Source: an uncultured Pelagibacteraceae bacterium
GTDB taxonomy: Bacteria; Pseudomonadota; Alphaproteobacteria; Pelagibacterales; Pelagibacteraceae
NCBI GenBank assembly: GCA_902585415.1
Contig: CACIDN010000005.1
Span: forward strand, 7,984 to 71,983
Reading direction: 5' to 3'
DNA: 64,000 nucleotides
Under the pieces are notes generated by a model. That model was not told the DNA's origin and searched no databases. It worked only from the letters and a program-made list of their open reading frames with translations. Within the stretch, counting starts at the first letter, position 1. Every line of letters begins with the position of its first letter. This document shows positions 21,948 to 33,556 of the stretch, in pieces. Position numbers and translations under genes: made by a program.

Positions 21948-22808
21948 ATGAAAATTAAGAAGTTCTCTAAGAAACCTACGGACATTAAGAGTAGAGTAGG
22001 AGCCAAACCTGTTGTTTGTTACCCAAACGAAAGTATAAATAATAATCTTGAAATATTACATGAAGCTAGAAAGCACATAAAACAAATAGATGAAGTAATA
22101 GTACCACCTAGAGATGCTAAAACTTTTAATGTTAAAACAGGTAATTTTTTTAGAATAGAGAGTGTTGAAGGTCCACAGGTCGGCGATCTTAATCTATTTA
22201 ATTCTGAAAATTTAGATGAAAAATTTTATTCTGGAAAAACTAGAGCATTGTATGGGACCCATATCTCAGTAGGTGATAAAATGTTTAGTAGTTTTCCATA
22301 TCTTAGGTCTATAGCTACAATTACATGGGATACTTTAGACTGGTACGGTTATGATAAAGACGGGGGTTCAGTTCATGATGTTATAGGCACAAGATGCGAT
22401 CCTTATACATCTAAGTTAATTTCAGATAAAGATTACCATTATTGTTGTCACTCAAATTTAACTAGGGCTTTGGTAAAAGAAAAAAATATTAAAGTAGATC
22501 AAGCTGAAAAGATAGTTCATGATGTATTAAACGTTTTTATGCTTACTGGTTTCACTAATGAAACGAATCAATATTTCATGAAATCAAGTCCAGTAAGACC
22601 TGGAGATTACTTGGAGTTTTTTGCAGAAACAAATTTATTAGGCGCTCTATCTGCATGCCCAGGTGGAGATTGTGGTTCGGAACATTCCTCTAATGTTGCT
22701 AAATGCTATCCTTTAAAAGTATCTATTTGGGATGTTGATAAAAAATATTTAGATGGGATAAGTTTTTCAAAAACATCTAGTTACAATAGAAATCACGGAA
22801 TTAAATAA
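21948..22808 (+). CDS. DUF1989 / urea-carboxylase-associated family protein
   Basis: GPQVGDLN, HDVIGTRC, CCHSNL, LNVFM and SACPGGD motifs. Confidence 0.78.
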   Translation: MKIKKFSKKPTDIKSRVGAKPVVCYPNESINNNLEILHEARKHIKQIDEVIVPPRDAKTFNVKTGNFFRIESVEGPQVGDLNLFNSENLDEKFYSGKTRALYGTHISVGDKMFSSFPYLRSIATITWDTLDWYGYDKDGGSVHDVIGTRCDPYTSKLISDKDYHYCCHSNLTRALVKEKNIKVDQAEKIVHDVLNVFMLTGFTNETNQYFMKSSPVRPGDYLEFFAETNLLGALSACPGGDCGSEHSSNVAKCYPLKVSIWDVDKKYLDGISFSKTSSYNRNHGIK

Positions 22809-22811
22809 CTC

Positions 22812-23525
22812 ATGACTAAAGGTAATGTTACGTTTATTTTACATAAGCCTCAGCTTTCAGAAAATATAGGAGCATGCGCAAGAGGTATAAAAAATTTTGG
22901 TTTCAATAAACTTATATTAATAAACCCTAAGCCTTTATTTCCTAATGATAAAATAATAGCTACATCAGTTGGGGCAAAGGATATTATTAAAAAAAGTAAA
23001 GTATATGAAAACCTTGAAAATATAATTGGACAGATTGATATATTGATAGCTACATCTGCAAGAATTAGAAACAAGAATATTAAACATATAGAATTAAGAG
23101 ATTTAAAAAAAATAAATTTTAAAAAGAAAGTTGGATTTTTGTTTGGTTCAGAGGCATCCGGTTTATCAAATAATGAAATAACCTATACAAATTATACTCT
23201 AAATATTTTGACTGATAAAAATTTTAAATCATTAAATTTATCTCATAGCCTTGTAATTATAGCTCAATATATTTCAAATCTATTATCTAAAGAAAAATTT
23301 CAACCAAAAAAAACTAAAAAGTTTAAAGCAGCGTCTAAAAAAGAAATTTTATCAATGACAAATCTTTGTATAAAACATCTTGATCAAATAAATTTTTTTA
23401 AACAAAAAGAAAAGAAACCCATTATGCTTGAAAATTTAAGAAATATTTTTTACAAGATGGAATTATCCGATAAAGAAACACGTATTTTATCGAGTGTATT
23501 TGCAAGTTTAGGAAAAAAACGTTGA
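22812..23525 (+). CDS. trmJ: TrmJ/TrmH-family tRNA methyltransferase
   Basis: ENIGACAR, ATSAR, FGSEASGL and SLNLS SPOUT motifs. Confidence 0.82.
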   Translation: MTKGNVTFILHKPQLSENIGACARGIKNFGFNKLILINPKPLFPNDKIIATSVGAKDIIKKSKVYENLENIIGQIDILIATSARIRNKNIKHIELRDLKKINFKKKVGFLFGSEASGLSNNEITYTNYTLNILTDKNFKSLNLSHSLVIIAQYISNLLSKEKFQPKKTKKFKAASKKEILSMTNLCIKHLDQINFFKQKEKKPIMLENLRNIFYKMELSDKETRILSSVFASLGKKR

Positions 23526-23553
23526 TTGACAAAATTTAATGTATCTTTATAAA
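23526..23553 (+). promoter_or_regulatory. Putative sigma70 promoter of rpsD
   Basis: TTGACA (23526-31), 16-nt spacer, TATAAA (23548-53), 13 nt before the ATG. Confidence 0.5.
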
Positions 23554-23566
23554 ACGCAATAATTAT

Positions 23567-24184
23567 ATGACAAAAAGATTAAAATCTAAGCATAAAGTTG
23601 ATAGAAGATTAAAAGTGAACCTTTGGGGAAGACCTAAAAGTCCATTTAACAAAAGAGCTTATCCTCCTGGACAACATGGCCAAACTAAAAATTCAAAACC
23701 ATCAGATTATGGTATCCAACTTCAAGCAAAACAAAAATTAAAATCTTATTACGGAAACTTAAACGAGAGACAATTTAGAAATATGTATAGAAAAGCTATT
23801 ATGAAGAAAGGTGATACTGCTGAAAACTTAATTGGATTATTAGAAAGAAGATTAGACTCAGTCGTTTATAGAGCAAAATTTTCAACGACAATTTTTTCTT
23901 CAAGACAATTTATAAACCACGGCCATGTAAGAGTAAATGGCAAGAAAGTTAATATATCAAGCTATCAATTAAAAGATGAAGATACTATTGAAATTAGAGA
24001 CAAATCTAAACAATTAGCAATTATCGACATAGCTTTAGCAAATAAAGAAAGAGAAACTCCTGAATATCTTTTAGTTGATGAAAAAAATAGGAAAATTAAA
24101 TTTGTTAGAACTCCAAAATTTGAAGAAGTTCCTTATCCTGTCGTTATGGAACCTAACTTAGTAATCGAATACTACTCAAGATAA
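23567..24184 (+). CDS. rpsD: 30S ribosomal protein S4
   Basis: [20 protein letters not shown] and IEYYSR motifs. Confidence 0.97.
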   Translation: MTKRLKSKHKVDRRLKVNLWGRPKSPFNKRAYPPGQHGQTKNSKPSDYGIQLQAKQKLKSYYGNLNERQFRNMYRKAIMKKGDTAENLIGLLERRLDSVVYRAKFSTTIFSSRQFINHGHVRVNGKKVNISSYQLKDEDTIEIRDKSKQLAIIDIALANKERETPEYLLVDEKNRKIKFVRTPKFEEVPYPVVMEPNLVIEYYSR

Positions 24185-24186
24185 TA

Positions 24187-24519
24187 TTATTTTTTATATT
24201 TAATTTGTTTATCCTCAAAAAGTTTCTTGAGCTCTCCATTTTCAAACATTTCCTTAATAATATCGCAACCTCCAACAAATTCTTTCTTAACGTATAATTG
24301 TGGAACAGTCGGCCACTCGCTAAACTTTTTTATACCTTCTCTGATACTTTGATTACTAAGCACATTAACACTTTTAAAATTTACTTCTAAAATTTTTAAC
24401 ATATTTGAAACTGCCATTGAAAAACCACATTCGGGGGCATCTGGTGTTCCCTTCATGAACAAGCAGACTTCATTTGTATTTATATTATTTTCAATTAATT
24501 CTTTAGTTTGTTGATCCAT
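24187..24519 (-). CDS. grxD: Monothiol glutaredoxin
   Basis: FMKGTP..P.CGFS, WPTVPQLY and GGCD motifs. Confidence 0.93.
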   Translation of the reverse strand: MDQQTKELIENNINTNEVCLFMKGTPDAPECGFSMAVSNMLKILEVNFKSVNVLSNQSIREGIKKFSEWPTVPQLYVKKEFVGGCDIIKEMFENGELKKLFEDKQIKYKK

Positions 24520-24748
24520 TTTTTTCCTTTGTTTTTAAAGCAAGAGCATGCAATTCATTTCCCATTTTACCTTTTAAAGAATTGTAAATCATCTTATGTT
24601 GCTCAATCTTGCTTTTACCATTAAATGCCGATGAAGTTATGGTAGCAGAATAATGATTACCATCACCGGCTAAATCCTGAATATCAATTATAGCATCAGG
24701 AAGTGCTTCTTTAATCATACTCTCAATTTCTTTTAAATTCATTGCCAT
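24503..24748 (-). CDS. BolA/IbaG family protein
   Basis: GDGNHY, QHKMIY and LHAL motifs; next to grxD. Confidence 0.9.
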   Translation of the reverse strand: MAMNLKEIESMIKEALPDAIIDIQDLAGDGNHYSATITSSAFNGKSKIEQHKMIYNSLKGKMGNELHALALKTKEKNGSTN

Positions 24749-26943
24749 TAATTTATCATATATTTAATTAACCAATCTTTATTAAATTCTGATAATTTGT
24801 CTACTGATAAAGTTGGCTCATCATTTATTGATATATTATCCTCAATTACTTCACCAATTAAGTCGTAATGATTGGAATTATTTTCAAGTAATTTTTTGAC
24901 TTTTTCGAGGTGTTCTTTTTCAACTTCAATAATGTATCTACCCTGATCCTCAGAAAAGAAATACTCAAATTTATCTATAACCCCTTTAAACTTATAAAAA
25001 TTTAAACCCTTCTTACCTTTAATACACATCTTTGCAATTCCCGTGATTATTCCACCAAGAGATACATCATGAACTGATCTCAATAACTTATCTTTTATTA
25101 ATCTCAAAATTGTTTCACCATTATTTTTTTCATTAAACAGATTTATTTCTGGAGGTGGTCCTTTTTTTTCATTTAAGATTTCTTTTGCAAAGATACTTTG
25201 ATCCAAATGACCTTCAGTTTTTCCAACAACAAGAATTATATTTCCAATTTCCTTTAAATTCATTGTTATCATATCTTTATAATTCTTAATTAATCCTACT
25301 CCGCCAATAGTAGGTGTTGGCTTAATACCCTTATCTTTAGTCTCATTATAAAAAGAAACATTCCCAGAAACGACTGGAAAGTTTAAGTATTTACTAGCTT
25401 CATTTAAACCCTCTACACATTCTACAAACTCACCCATATTTTCAGCTTTTTCAGGATTTCCAAAATTCAAACAATTAGTTATTGCAATTGGATCAGCACC
25501 TACACATATTAAATTTCTCCATGTTTCGCATACTATTTGTTTACCACCACTTAATGGGTGTGCGTAACAGTAAGATGCTGAAGAGTCTACGGTAGCAGCA
25601 ACAGCTTTTCCACTTCCATGAACTCTTACTACTCCAGCATCACCACCAGGTTTTTGAATGGTATCACCCATCACAGTATGATCATATTGTTCCCAGATCC
25701 ATTCTTTTGAACAAACATTTGGACTTGCTAATATTTTTTTAAGTACATCAGTAATTTTTAAATTTTTAAAATCTTTTTTTGTAAACTTAATTTTTTGAGG
25801 TAATTTACTTTTCTTCCATTTTCTATCATATTCAGGAGCTTCTTCAGAGAGCAAATCAATTGGAATATTTGCAACTTTATTTTTATCAAAATACAGCTCA
25901 ATGTTTTTTGAATTTGTTGTTTTTCCAATTACAGAAAAATCTAAATTCCATTTATCAAAAATTTCTTTAGCTTTCTTTTCTTTACCATTTTCAAGCACTA
26001 TCAACATTCTTTCTTGGCTTTCTGATAACATGATTTCATATGGAGACATGTTTTCCTCTCGACATGGAACCTTATCTAAATGTAATTCAATACCAAGTTT
26101 TCCTTTAGAGGCCATTTCTACACTTGAGGAAGTAAGGCCAGCTGCACCCATATCTTGGATTGCAATAATTGAGTCGTCTCGCATTAACTCAAGGCATGCT
26201 TCTAATAATAATTTTTCCGTAAATGGATCACCTACTTGGACTGTAGGTTTTTTTTCCTCAATTTTATCGTCAAATTTTGCTGAAGCCATACTTGCACCGT
26301 GAATTCCATCTCTTCCAGTTTTTGAACCAACGTAAATAACTGGCTTGTTTAGTCCAGCGGCCTTGGAGTAAAAAATTTTATCTTTTTTAACTAGACCTAG
26401 TGTCATTGCGTTAACAAGAATATTGCCATTATAAGACTCATCAAAACACGTTTGGCCAGCAATAGTTGGCACACCTATGCAATTACCATATCCACCAATT
26501 CCCTGAACCACTCCTCTTAAAAGACTTTTTGTTTTTTTATTTGACGGAGAGCCAAAATGAATAGAATTTAAATTAGCTATTGGACGTGCTCCCATTGTAA
26601 AAACATCTCTAAGAATTCCTCCAACACCTGTTGCAGCTCCTTGATAAGGTTCAATAAATGAGGGGTGATTATGACTTTCAATTTTAAATACTATTGCATC
26701 ATCGTCACCAATATCGATAACACCTGCATTTTCACCAGGACCCTGAATAACTTTTTTACCTTTTGTGTTAAGTTTCTTAAGATGTTTTTTTGAAGATTTA
26801 TATGAACAATGTTCATTCCACATTGCAGAGAAAATTCCTAACTCTGTAAGATTTGGATTTCTTTTTAAGAGCTCACATATCTTTTTGTACTCTTCTTTTT
26901 TAAGACCATGATCTACTGCAATTTTTTCGTTTACTTCAATCAT
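24748..26943 (-). CDS. purL: Phosphoribosylformylglycinamidine synthase subunit PurL
   Basis: [23 protein letters not shown] and SGNVSFYNE motifs. Confidence 0.96.
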   Translation of the reverse strand: MIEVNEKIAVDHGLKKEEYKKICELLKRNPNLTELGIFSAMWNEHCSYKSSKKHLKKLNTKGKKVIQGPGENAGVIDIGDDDAIVFKIESHNHPSFIEPYQGAATGVGGILRDVFTMGARPIANLNSIHFGSPSNKKTKSLLRGVVQGIGGYGNCIGVPTIAGQTCFDESYNGNILVNAMTLGLVKKDKIFYSKAAGLNKPVIYVGSKTGRDGIHGASMASAKFDDKIEEKKPTVQVGDPFTEKLLLEACLELMRDDSIIAIQDMGAAGLTSSSVEMASKGKLGIELHLDKVPCREENMSPYEIMLSESQERMLIVLENGKEKKAKEIFDKWNLDFSVIGKTTNSKNIELYFDKNKVANIPIDLLSEEAPEYDRKWKKSKLPQKIKFTKKDFKNLKITDVLKKILASPNVCSKEWIWEQYDHTVMGDTIQKPGGDAGVVRVHGSGKAVAATVDSSASYCYAHPLSGGKQIVCETWRNLICVGADPIAITNCLNFGNPEKAENMGEFVECVEGLNEASKYLNFPVVSGNVSFYNETKDKGIKPTPTIGGVGLIKNYKDMITMNLKEIGNIILVVGKTEGHLDQSIFAKEILNEKKGPPPEINLFNEKNNGETILRLIKDKLLRSVHDVSLGGIITGIAKMCIKGKKGLNFYKFKGVIDKFEYFFSEDQGRYIIEVEKEHLEKVKKLLENNSNHYDLIGEVIEDNISINDEPTLSVDKLSEFNKDWLIKYMIN

Positions 26944-27623
26944 TTCATATTAGTTAAAAGATTTTTAAAAAAATGTGATCCATCGTTACTTGATAAACAA
27001 TTATCAATAACACGCTCTGGATGAGGCATCATACCCAAAATATTTTTCTTTTTATTAAAGACACCTGCTATATTTTGAATTGATCCATTTGGATTAGACT
27101 TTTCTGATATTTCTCCATTACTATCACAATATCTGACAGCAATTTGATCATTATCCTGCATTGATTTTAAATCATCCTTCGAACAGAAATAATTACCATC
27201 ATTATGAGCTATATGTAGTTCAAGGATATCTTTTTTAATTTTATTAAAATATTTATTTTGAGTTTTATTTGCTTTTACAAAAATATTTTTGCAAATAAAT
27301 TTTAAATATTTATTTCTCAATAAAGCCCCAGTAACAAGACCAGTTTCTATTAAAATTTGGAAACCATTACAGATACCAATGACCAGACCACCTTTATTAG
27401 CAAATTCTATAACTGAATTTATTATGTTTGACTTTGCGGCAATACTTCCGCATCTCAAATAATCTCCATATGAAAAACCACCTGGTAACACAACTAAATC
27501 TGATTTCGGTATTACATTATCATTGTGCCATACCATTTTATTTTTAAATCCAAATTTTTTTAGAGCTACATCCATATCTCTATCACAGTTGGATCCTGGA
27601 AATATAATAACAGATGACTTCAT
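26940..27623 (-). CDS. purQ: FGAM synthase glutaminase subunit
   Basis: [24 protein letters not shown] and MMPHPER motifs; start at ATG 27623. Confidence 0.95.
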   Translation of the reverse strand: MKSSVIIFPGSNCDRDMDVALKKFGFKNKMVWHNDNVIPKSDLVVLPGGFSYGDYLRCGSIAAKSNIINSVIEFANKGGLVIGICNGFQILIETGLVTGALLRNKYLKFICKNIFVKANKTQNKYFNKIKKDILELHIAHNDGNYFCSKDDLKSMQDNDQIAVRYCDSNGEISEKSNPNGSIQNIAGVFNKKKNILGMMPHPERVIDNCLSSNDGSHFFKNLLTNMK

Positions 27624-27624
27624 T

Positions 27625-27858
27625 TTATAAGATTTTGTAATCCTCAATCACAAGGTTTGCCAAGAGTTTTTTACACATATCTTCAACATTTTTTTTTGCA
27701 TCTTTCTCATCTTTTAAATTTGTTTCAATTTCAAAGTATTTTCCTTGTCTAACTTCACTTACATCTATGAAATTCATACTATATAATGTTTGTTGTATAG
27801 CTTTGCCTTGTGGATCTAGAACACCGTTTTTAGGTGTAACGATTACTTTGATTTTCAT
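27625..27858 (-). CDS. purS: FGAM synthase subunit PurS
   Basis: VLDPQG, VRQGK and LLAN.VIEDY motifs. Confidence 0.95.
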   Translation of the reverse strand: MKIKVIVTPKNGVLDPQGKAIQQTLYSMNFIDVSEVRQGKYFEIETNLKDEKDAKKNVEDMCKKLLANLVIEDYKIL

Positions 27859-28643
27859 TTATTTTTTTTTAATTTTATAGTTTTTGGTTTTTTGAAATCT
27901 ACTTCTCTTATATTAGATTCTTCATATAAAATCCCAAGTCTCGATGCGACTTCTTTGTAAGCTTGAATTAAATTTCCAAGATCTTTTCTGAATCTATCTT
28001 TATCTAATTTTTTTTCACTCTTAGCATCCCACAATCTACATGTGTCAGGACTTATCTCATCCGCTAGAATAATTTCGTTTCTAGTTGAGTTTCTCACTTT
28101 TCCAAATTCAACTTTGAAATCTACAAGTTTGATACCGACGCCTCTAAATAAACCGATTAAAAAATCATTAATTCTTAGAAGTTGCTTATTAATTTTTTCT
28201 ATTTCGTTCTTTTTTGCCCAATTAAACGCATAAATATGTTCTCTTGAAATTAAAGGATCTCCTAAATCATCATTTTTTAAGCAATATTCAATCAACGGGT
28301 CATTTAAGACTGTTCCTTCAACTATGCCAAGTCTTTTAGTAAGAGAGCCTGTTGCAATATTTCTTACGATAAATTCAATTGGTATAATATCTACAAATTT
28401 TATTAATTGTTCTCTCATATTTAATCTTTTCACTAAATGATTTTTAATACCGATTTGAGATAAATTCTTTAATATATGTTCAGATATTCTATTGTTTAAT
28501 ACACCTTTGCCTTCTATCACAGATCTTTTCTGATTATTGAAAGCAGTAGCATCATCTTTAAAATATTGAATTACATAATTTTTGTCAGATGTTGCATAAA
28601 TTATTTTGGCTTTACCTTCGTAAAGTTTTTTACCTTTTTTCAT
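27855..28643 (-). CDS. purC: SAICAR synthetase
   Basis: YEGKAK, LVDFKVEFG and LADEISPDTCRLWD motifs. Confidence 0.96.
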   Translation of the reverse strand: MKKGKKLYEGKAKIIYATSDKNYVIQYFKDDATAFNNQKRSVIEGKGVLNNRISEHILKNLSQIGIKNHLVKRLNMREQLIKFVDIIPIEFIVRNIATGSLTKRLGIVEGTVLNDPLIEYCLKNDDLGDPLISREHIYAFNWAKKNEIEKINKQLLRINDFLIGLFRGVGIKLVDFKVEFGKVRNSTRNEIILADEISPDTCRLWDAKSEKKLDKDRFRKDLGNLIQAYKEVASRLGILYEESNIREVDFKKPKTIKLKKNK

Positions 28644-29935
28644 TATTTAAACACTCTTCTAAAAATTAAATTTACATTTTTAAAATGTTTAGAATAACTG
28701 AAAATAGTTTTAAGTTTTTTAGATGGAATTTTACTCATTATATATTTGTCAGACTGTATAACATTAAACAGATCTAAATTTTCAGCAAAGCATTTTTTTG
28801 CATAATTTTGCACCATTCTGTATGACTTTTCTCTTGATAAACCATTCTTGGTAAGCTCTAACATAAGTTCTTGAGAAAAGATTAAGCCTTTTGTGATATT
28901 TAAATTTTGCAACATCTTTTTTGGATAAACAATCATGTTATCCAATAAGTTTGTAAGTCTTACCAATGCAAAATCTAAAGTTATATTTGCATCAGGCCCT
29001 ATATTTCTCTCCACGCTTGAGTGTGAAATATCTCTTTCATGCCACAAGGCTATATTTTCTAGTGCAGGCACAACAGAGCTCCTAACCATTCTTGCTAAGC
29101 CTGTTAAATTTTCACTTAGAATTGGATTTTTTTTGTGAGGCATAGCAGATGAGCCTTTTTGTTTTTTTGAAAAAAATTCCTGTAACTCATAAACTTCAGT
29201 TCTCTGTAAATGTCTTATTTCAGTTGCAACTCTCTCAATAGATCCTGCTATTATCCCTAGAACTGAAAAATAAAATGCATGTCTGTCTCGTGGAATTACT
29301 TGAGTTGAAATTAGTTCAATTTGTAAACCTAACTTTTTTGCAACATATTTTTCAACATTTGGATTAATATTTGCAAAAGTACCAACAGCACCTGATATCG
29401 CACATGTGGATACATCTTCTATTGCTAATTCTAATCTTTTTTTATTTCTTTTAAATTCTGCATAATAAGATGCTAACTTTAAACCAAATGTAATCGGCTC
29501 TGCATGAATACCATGACTTCTTCCCATACAAGGTGTAAATTTGTATTTCTTAGCTTGTTTTTTTAAAACCTTTAAAATTTGATCTAAGTCTTTAAGAATT
29601 ATTTTACCAGACTGAACTAATTGTATATTAAAACTAGTGTCTAGAACATCAGATGAAGTCATACCTTGGTGAAGATATCTTGCTTTTATACCTGCTTTTT
29701 CAGTCACAGAGGTTAAAAATGCAATTACATCGTGTTTAACCTGACTTTCAATTTTATGAATTCTTTCAACATTAATTCTTGCTTTTTTTCTAACAACTGA
29801 AGCAACACCTTTAGGTATTTGACCAAGTTTTTCCATTGCTTGAGCAGCAGCTATTTCTACATCAAGCCAAATTTTATACTTATTCTCTTCAGACCAAATA
29901 CTTGTGAGTTCTTTTCTGGAGTATCTAGATATCAT
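28643..29935 (-). CDS. purB: Adenylosuccinate lyase
   Basis: TSSD, GRSHGIHAEP, GSSAMPHKKNP and WHERDISHSS motifs. Confidence 0.96.
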   Translation of the reverse strand: MISRYSRKELTSIWSEENKYKIWLDVEIAAAQAMEKLGQIPKGVASVVRKKARINVERIHKIESQVKHDVIAFLTSVTEKAGIKARYLHQGMTSSDVLDTSFNIQLVQSGKIILKDLDQILKVLKKQAKKYKFTPCMGRSHGIHAEPITFGLKLASYYAEFKRNKKRLELAIEDVSTCAISGAVGTFANINPNVEKYVAKKLGLQIELISTQVIPRDRHAFYFSVLGIIAGSIERVATEIRHLQRTEVYELQEFFSKKQKGSSAMPHKKNPILSENLTGLARMVRSSVVPALENIALWHERDISHSSVERNIGPDANITLDFALVRLTNLLDNMIVYPKKMLQNLNITKGLIFSQELMLELTKNGLSREKSYRMVQNYAKKCFAENLDLFNVIQSDKYIMSKIPSKKLKTIFSYSKHFKNVNLIFRRVFK

Positions 29936-30708
29936 TAATTATAAGGAGGCCTCTTTAAGTTTTTAACAGATTCTGTAAAAATTTCATATCCATTATCAGT
30001 GATACCAACTGTATGTTCGAATTGCGCAGATAAAGCTTTATCTTTAGTTACGGCTGTCCATCCATCATTTAAAATTTTAACCTCATATTTACCAGCATTA
30101 ATCATTGGCTCTATAGTAAATGTCATCCCAGGTTGTAATTCAGGTCCTGTATTCTTTTTTCCATAATGTAATACATTTGGACTTTGGTGAAATACATCGC
30201 CTATACCATGTCCACAAAAATCTCTTACAACACTAAAACCTGCTTTTTCCACATGTGTTTGTATTTCATGACCAATGTCACCTAATTTTTTCCCAGGTTT
30301 TAAAATTTCAATTGATTTCATTAAAGCTTCATAAGTAGTATTAATTAAATTCATAGATTTGACTGAAGCTTTTCCTACTGTAAACATTCTACTAGTATCA
30401 CCATAATGATTGTGAAGTATTGCGGTCACATCGATATTTAATATATCACCATCTTCTAAAACTCTCTCACTTGGTATCCCATGACAGACAACATGATTTA
30501 ATGATGTGCATATAGATTTATTAAAACCACGATAATAAAGTGGGGCAGAGTGTCCACCATTATCTTTAATAAATTCATAACACAACTCATCTATTTTATT
30601 AGTACTTAAACCAGGTTTAATATAATCTGTAATCATATCTAGGGTGCTAGATGCAAGTGAACCAGCTTTTCTCAATTTTTCAAATTTTTCAGAATAATTA
30701 TTCATCAA
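29935..30708 (-). CDS. map: Methionine aminopeptidase type I
   Basis: CHGIP, NIDVT, GDTSR, GHGIG..FH, TIEPM and AQFEHT motifs. Confidence 0.96.
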   Translation of the reverse strand: MMNNYSEKFEKLRKAGSLASSTLDMITDYIKPGLSTNKIDELCYEFIKDNGGHSAPLYYRGFNKSICTSLNHVVCHGIPSERVLEDGDILNIDVTAILHNHYGDTSRMFTVGKASVKSMNLINTTYEALMKSIEILKPGKKLGDIGHEIQTHVEKAGFSVVRDFCGHGIGDVFHQSPNVLHYGKKNTGPELQPGMTFTIEPMINAGKYEVKILNDGWTAVTKDKALSAQFEHTVGITDNGYEIFTESVKNLKRPPYN

Positions 30709-31384
30709 TAATATTTATTTTTTTTTCAATTTTTATTTCTTTACTGCTCAATAAACATCTATAGGCTAAAAACTTAACACCACTCTTTTTAGCTATTAAA
30801 TAATTTTTGTAATAATTTAAATCTATATCTTTAGCTATTTTAAAGTTATTAATACCTTGTATTTGAGTTAAAAATAAGACAAACGGTTTATAGCCTTGTT
30901 TTAAACCTTCAATTAACTTTTTTAGATGTTTAGTTCCTCTCTCAGTTACAGCATCAGGAAATTCAGCTACTTTTTGATCTCTTAAAAGAGTGACATTTTT
31001 TACTTCAATTATATTTTTGTCGCATAAAAAATCGAACCTAGTATCACTTGAAAATTTAAATTCAGATTTAATATTTTTGACAGATTTAAATTCCTTAATC
31101 AGCCTTTTATTCAAACCATCGGCAACAATTTTATTTGCTCTATGGGTATTAACACCAACTAGTTTGTTGTGAGCTTTTATTATTTCTAAAGTAAATTTTA
31201 ATTTTCTTTTTGGATCATCATTTTTAGACAAAAATACTGTATTATTTTTATCTAAAAGACCTTTCATGGAACCTGTGTTAGGACAATGAGCTGTAACTAT
31301 TGAATTATTTACTTTTATATCTGTAAAAAATCTTTTATATCGCTTGATTAATTTGCCTTTAATTAAAGTATTGGTAAATTTCAT
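30698..31384 (-). CDS. sfsA: SfsA nuclease (sugar fermentation stimulation protein)
   Basis: RYKRF, HCPNTGSM, RFDF, EVKNV and FPDAVTERG.KH motifs; start trimmed to ATG 31384. Confidence 0.92.
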   Translation of the reverse strand: MKFTNTLIKGKLIKRYKRFFTDIKVNNSIVTAHCPNTGSMKGLLDKNNTVFLSKNDDPKRKLKFTLEIIKAHNKLVGVNTHRANKIVADGLNKRLIKEFKSVKNIKSEFKFSSDTRFDFLCDKNIIEVKNVTLLRDQKVAEFPDAVTERGTKHLKKLIEGLKQGYKPFVLFLTQIQGINNFKIAKDIDLNYYKNYLIAKKSGVKFLAYRCLLSSKEIKIEKKINIIDE

Positions 31385-31406
31385 TATATTTAATTTATAT
31401 TTGTAT

Positions 31407-32150
31407 ATGTCAAATAAGAAAGAAATAATTGCTGGAATTATAATTATTGGTAATGAAGTACTATCTGGTAGGACCAAAGATATCAATACAAGTTCGCTCG
31501 CCACATGGCTAAATTCTTTAGGGGTTAAAGTTAAAGAAGTAAAAATTATACCAGATGATGAACAAACAATTATAAATACTGTTAATCAATATCGTGAAAC
31601 TTATGATTACGTATTTACTACTGGTGGAATTGGTCCAACACATGATGACATAACAGCAGAATCAATTTCAAAAGCTTTTGATATAGAGTACGGTTTTCAT
31701 AAAGAAGCATATTCAATTTTAGAAAGTTATTATAAACCTGGTGAATTTAATGATGGTCGTCAGAAAATGGCAAAAATGCCTGTTACGGCTAGTTTGATAT
31801 ATAACCCCTCAAGCGGATCACCAGGTTTTTATGTAGAAAACGTTTTTTGTTTACCAGGGGTACCATCAATAATGCAGTCAATGCTTGGCAGTTTAACAAA
31901 TAAAATTGCAGGTGGCGAACCTATATTAAGCGAAACAATAAACTTGCGGACTGTTGAAAGTGAAATCGCAAAATCTTTAACTGATGTACAAAATAAAAAT
32001 ACTGATGTTGAAATTGGCAGCTATCCTTTTTTTAAAGCAGGCAAACTTGGAGTAGCAATAGTACTTAGATCAACAGATAAAAAAAAAATTGAATTTTGTA
32101 AATCAGAAATAATAAAATTCGTTAAAGATAAAGAAATTCAAATAGTTTAA
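31407..32150 (+). CDS. CinA-like molybdopterin-binding-domain protein
   Basis: IGNEVLSG, TTGGIGPTHDDIT, LPGVP and IGSYP motifs; start trimmed to ATG 31407. Confidence 0.85.
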   Translation: MSNKKEIIAGIIIIGNEVLSGRTKDINTSSLATWLNSLGVKVKEVKIIPDDEQTIINTVNQYRETYDYVFTTGGIGPTHDDITAESISKAFDIEYGFHKEAYSILESYYKPGEFNDGRQKMAKMPVTASLIYNPSSGSPGFYVENVFCLPGVPSIMQSMLGSLTNKIAGGEPILSETINLRTVESEIAKSLTDVQNKNTDVEIGSYPFFKAGKLGVAIVLRSTDKKKIEFCKSEIIKFVKDKEIQIV

Positions 32151-32156
32151 ATCAAA

Positions 32157-32561
32157 ATGTTATATTTTGCTTACGGCAGTAACTTAAATCATTTTCAAAT
32201 GAAAAAAAGATGTAAGGACTCTAAATATATAAAGAAATTCGAAATTAAAGATTTTAGACTTACATTTAGAAGTAAATATGGAGTTGCAGATATAGAGATT
32301 AAAAAAAATTATTTAATACAAGGTGGTCTTTATGAAATATCTAAATCAGATGAAAAAAAACTTGATATTTATGAGGATTTTCCAATCTTATATAAAAAAA
32401 TATATTTTGATAATGATAGTCAAAAAATTATGGCATACAGCATGGTTAAAAAGAGTTTATTCATTTACCCAAGTAAAAGGTATCTTGATGTAATTAAACA
32501 AGGATACAAAGACTGTAAATTAGATATTAAATATTTGGAAAAAGCTCTTAGAAAATTTTAA
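32157..32561 (+). CDS. Gamma-glutamylcyclotransferase family protein
   Basis: YFAYGSNL, LD.YE and PS..Y motifs. Confidence 0.82.
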   Translation: MLYFAYGSNLNHFQMKKRCKDSKYIKKFEIKDFRLTFRSKYGVADIEIKKNYLIQGGLYEISKSDEKKLDIYEDFPILYKKIYFDNDSQKIMAYSMVKKSLFIYPSKRYLDVIKQGYKDCKLDIKYLEKALRKF

Positions 32562-33248
32562 ATGCCTTCAAAATATGAAATTTTCAAAATTGGGATAAAG
32601 GATGTTGCACCACATTTATTATCAGTTTTTCCTTTTGGAATAATATTTGGTGCAATTGGAATTGAGTTGGGCTTTAGTCCTTTATTTACATATGCGACTT
32701 CTTTAATAATTTTTGGTGGTGCCTCACAAATAGTTTTTCTACAACTTTTATCTGGTGGCGCATCCTCATTAATTGCAATTACCTCTGTTGGAGTAATCAA
32801 TTCAAGGCATTTCTTATATGGTGCAGTATTATCAGAATACTTACAAAAATTATCATTAGCTAAAAAACTTTTTATTTCTTATTTTATAGTTGATCAAGGT
32901 TTTGCTGTTTCAAATCAATATTTTAAAAAAAATCCAACAGGGGAATTTAATCATTATCACTTGATTGGTTCTGGAATAATCCTTTGGTTTATTTGGCAGG
33001 TATCAACAATAATAGGAATATACTTAGGATCTATTGTACCTGAGGAACTTGGATTAAAATTTGCAATTCCTCTAACATTCATTGCAATAATAGTAAATGA
33101 GTTGAGAAAATTTGATCATATTTTGGTTATGCTAATTTCAGGTTTAGCAGCTACATTTTTTTATAATGCTCCTTTCAAAACTTACATAATAATTTCACCG
33201 TTGATTGGGCTTTTTGCAGCAATGGTAATTAATAAATTAAAAAAATGA
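32562..33248 (+). CDS. AzlC family amino-acid exporter permease
   Basis: FGGASQ, NSRHFLYG and VDQGFA motifs. Confidence 0.85.
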   Translation: MPSKYEIFKIGIKDVAPHLLSVFPFGIIFGAIGIELGFSPLFTYATSLIIFGGASQIVFLQLLSGGASSLIAITSVGVINSRHFLYGAVLSEYLQKLSLAKKLFISYFIVDQGFAVSNQYFKKNPTGEFNHYHLIGSGIILWFIWQVSTIIGIYLGSIVPEELGLKFAIPLTFIAIIVNELRKFDHILVMLISGLAATFFYNAPFKTYIIISPLIGLFAAMVINKLKK

Positions 33249-33556
33249 TCTGGACTTCAATTTTTATTGCTGGAATTTTAACTTATTTTACAAGAATGAG
33301 CATGGTTACATTAATTAGAAAAGAAATGATAAGCGATAACTTAAGAAAGATTTTAAGTTATGTACCATCTGTAGTATTTCCCTCAATAATATTTCCTGGA
33401 GTTTTATTAGATGATTTTGGAAATTTTGTTACAATTGGCGATCCAAAAATACTTGGAGCTGTAAGTGCTTTGGTAATTGGTTTTTTTACGAGAAATGTTA
33501 TATTAACAATCGTATCAGGACTATCCTCATACTGGGCTTTTATTTTTGTTTTTTAA
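33245..33556 (+). CDS. AzlD family membrane protein
   Basis: TYFTR and LSYVP motifs; small hydrophobic partner of AzlC. Confidence 0.78.
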   Translation: MIWTSIFIAGILTYFTRMSMVTLIRKEMISDNLRKILSYVPSVVFPSIIFPGVLLDDFGNFVTIGDPKILGAVSALVIGFFTRNVILTIVSGLSSYWAFIFVF

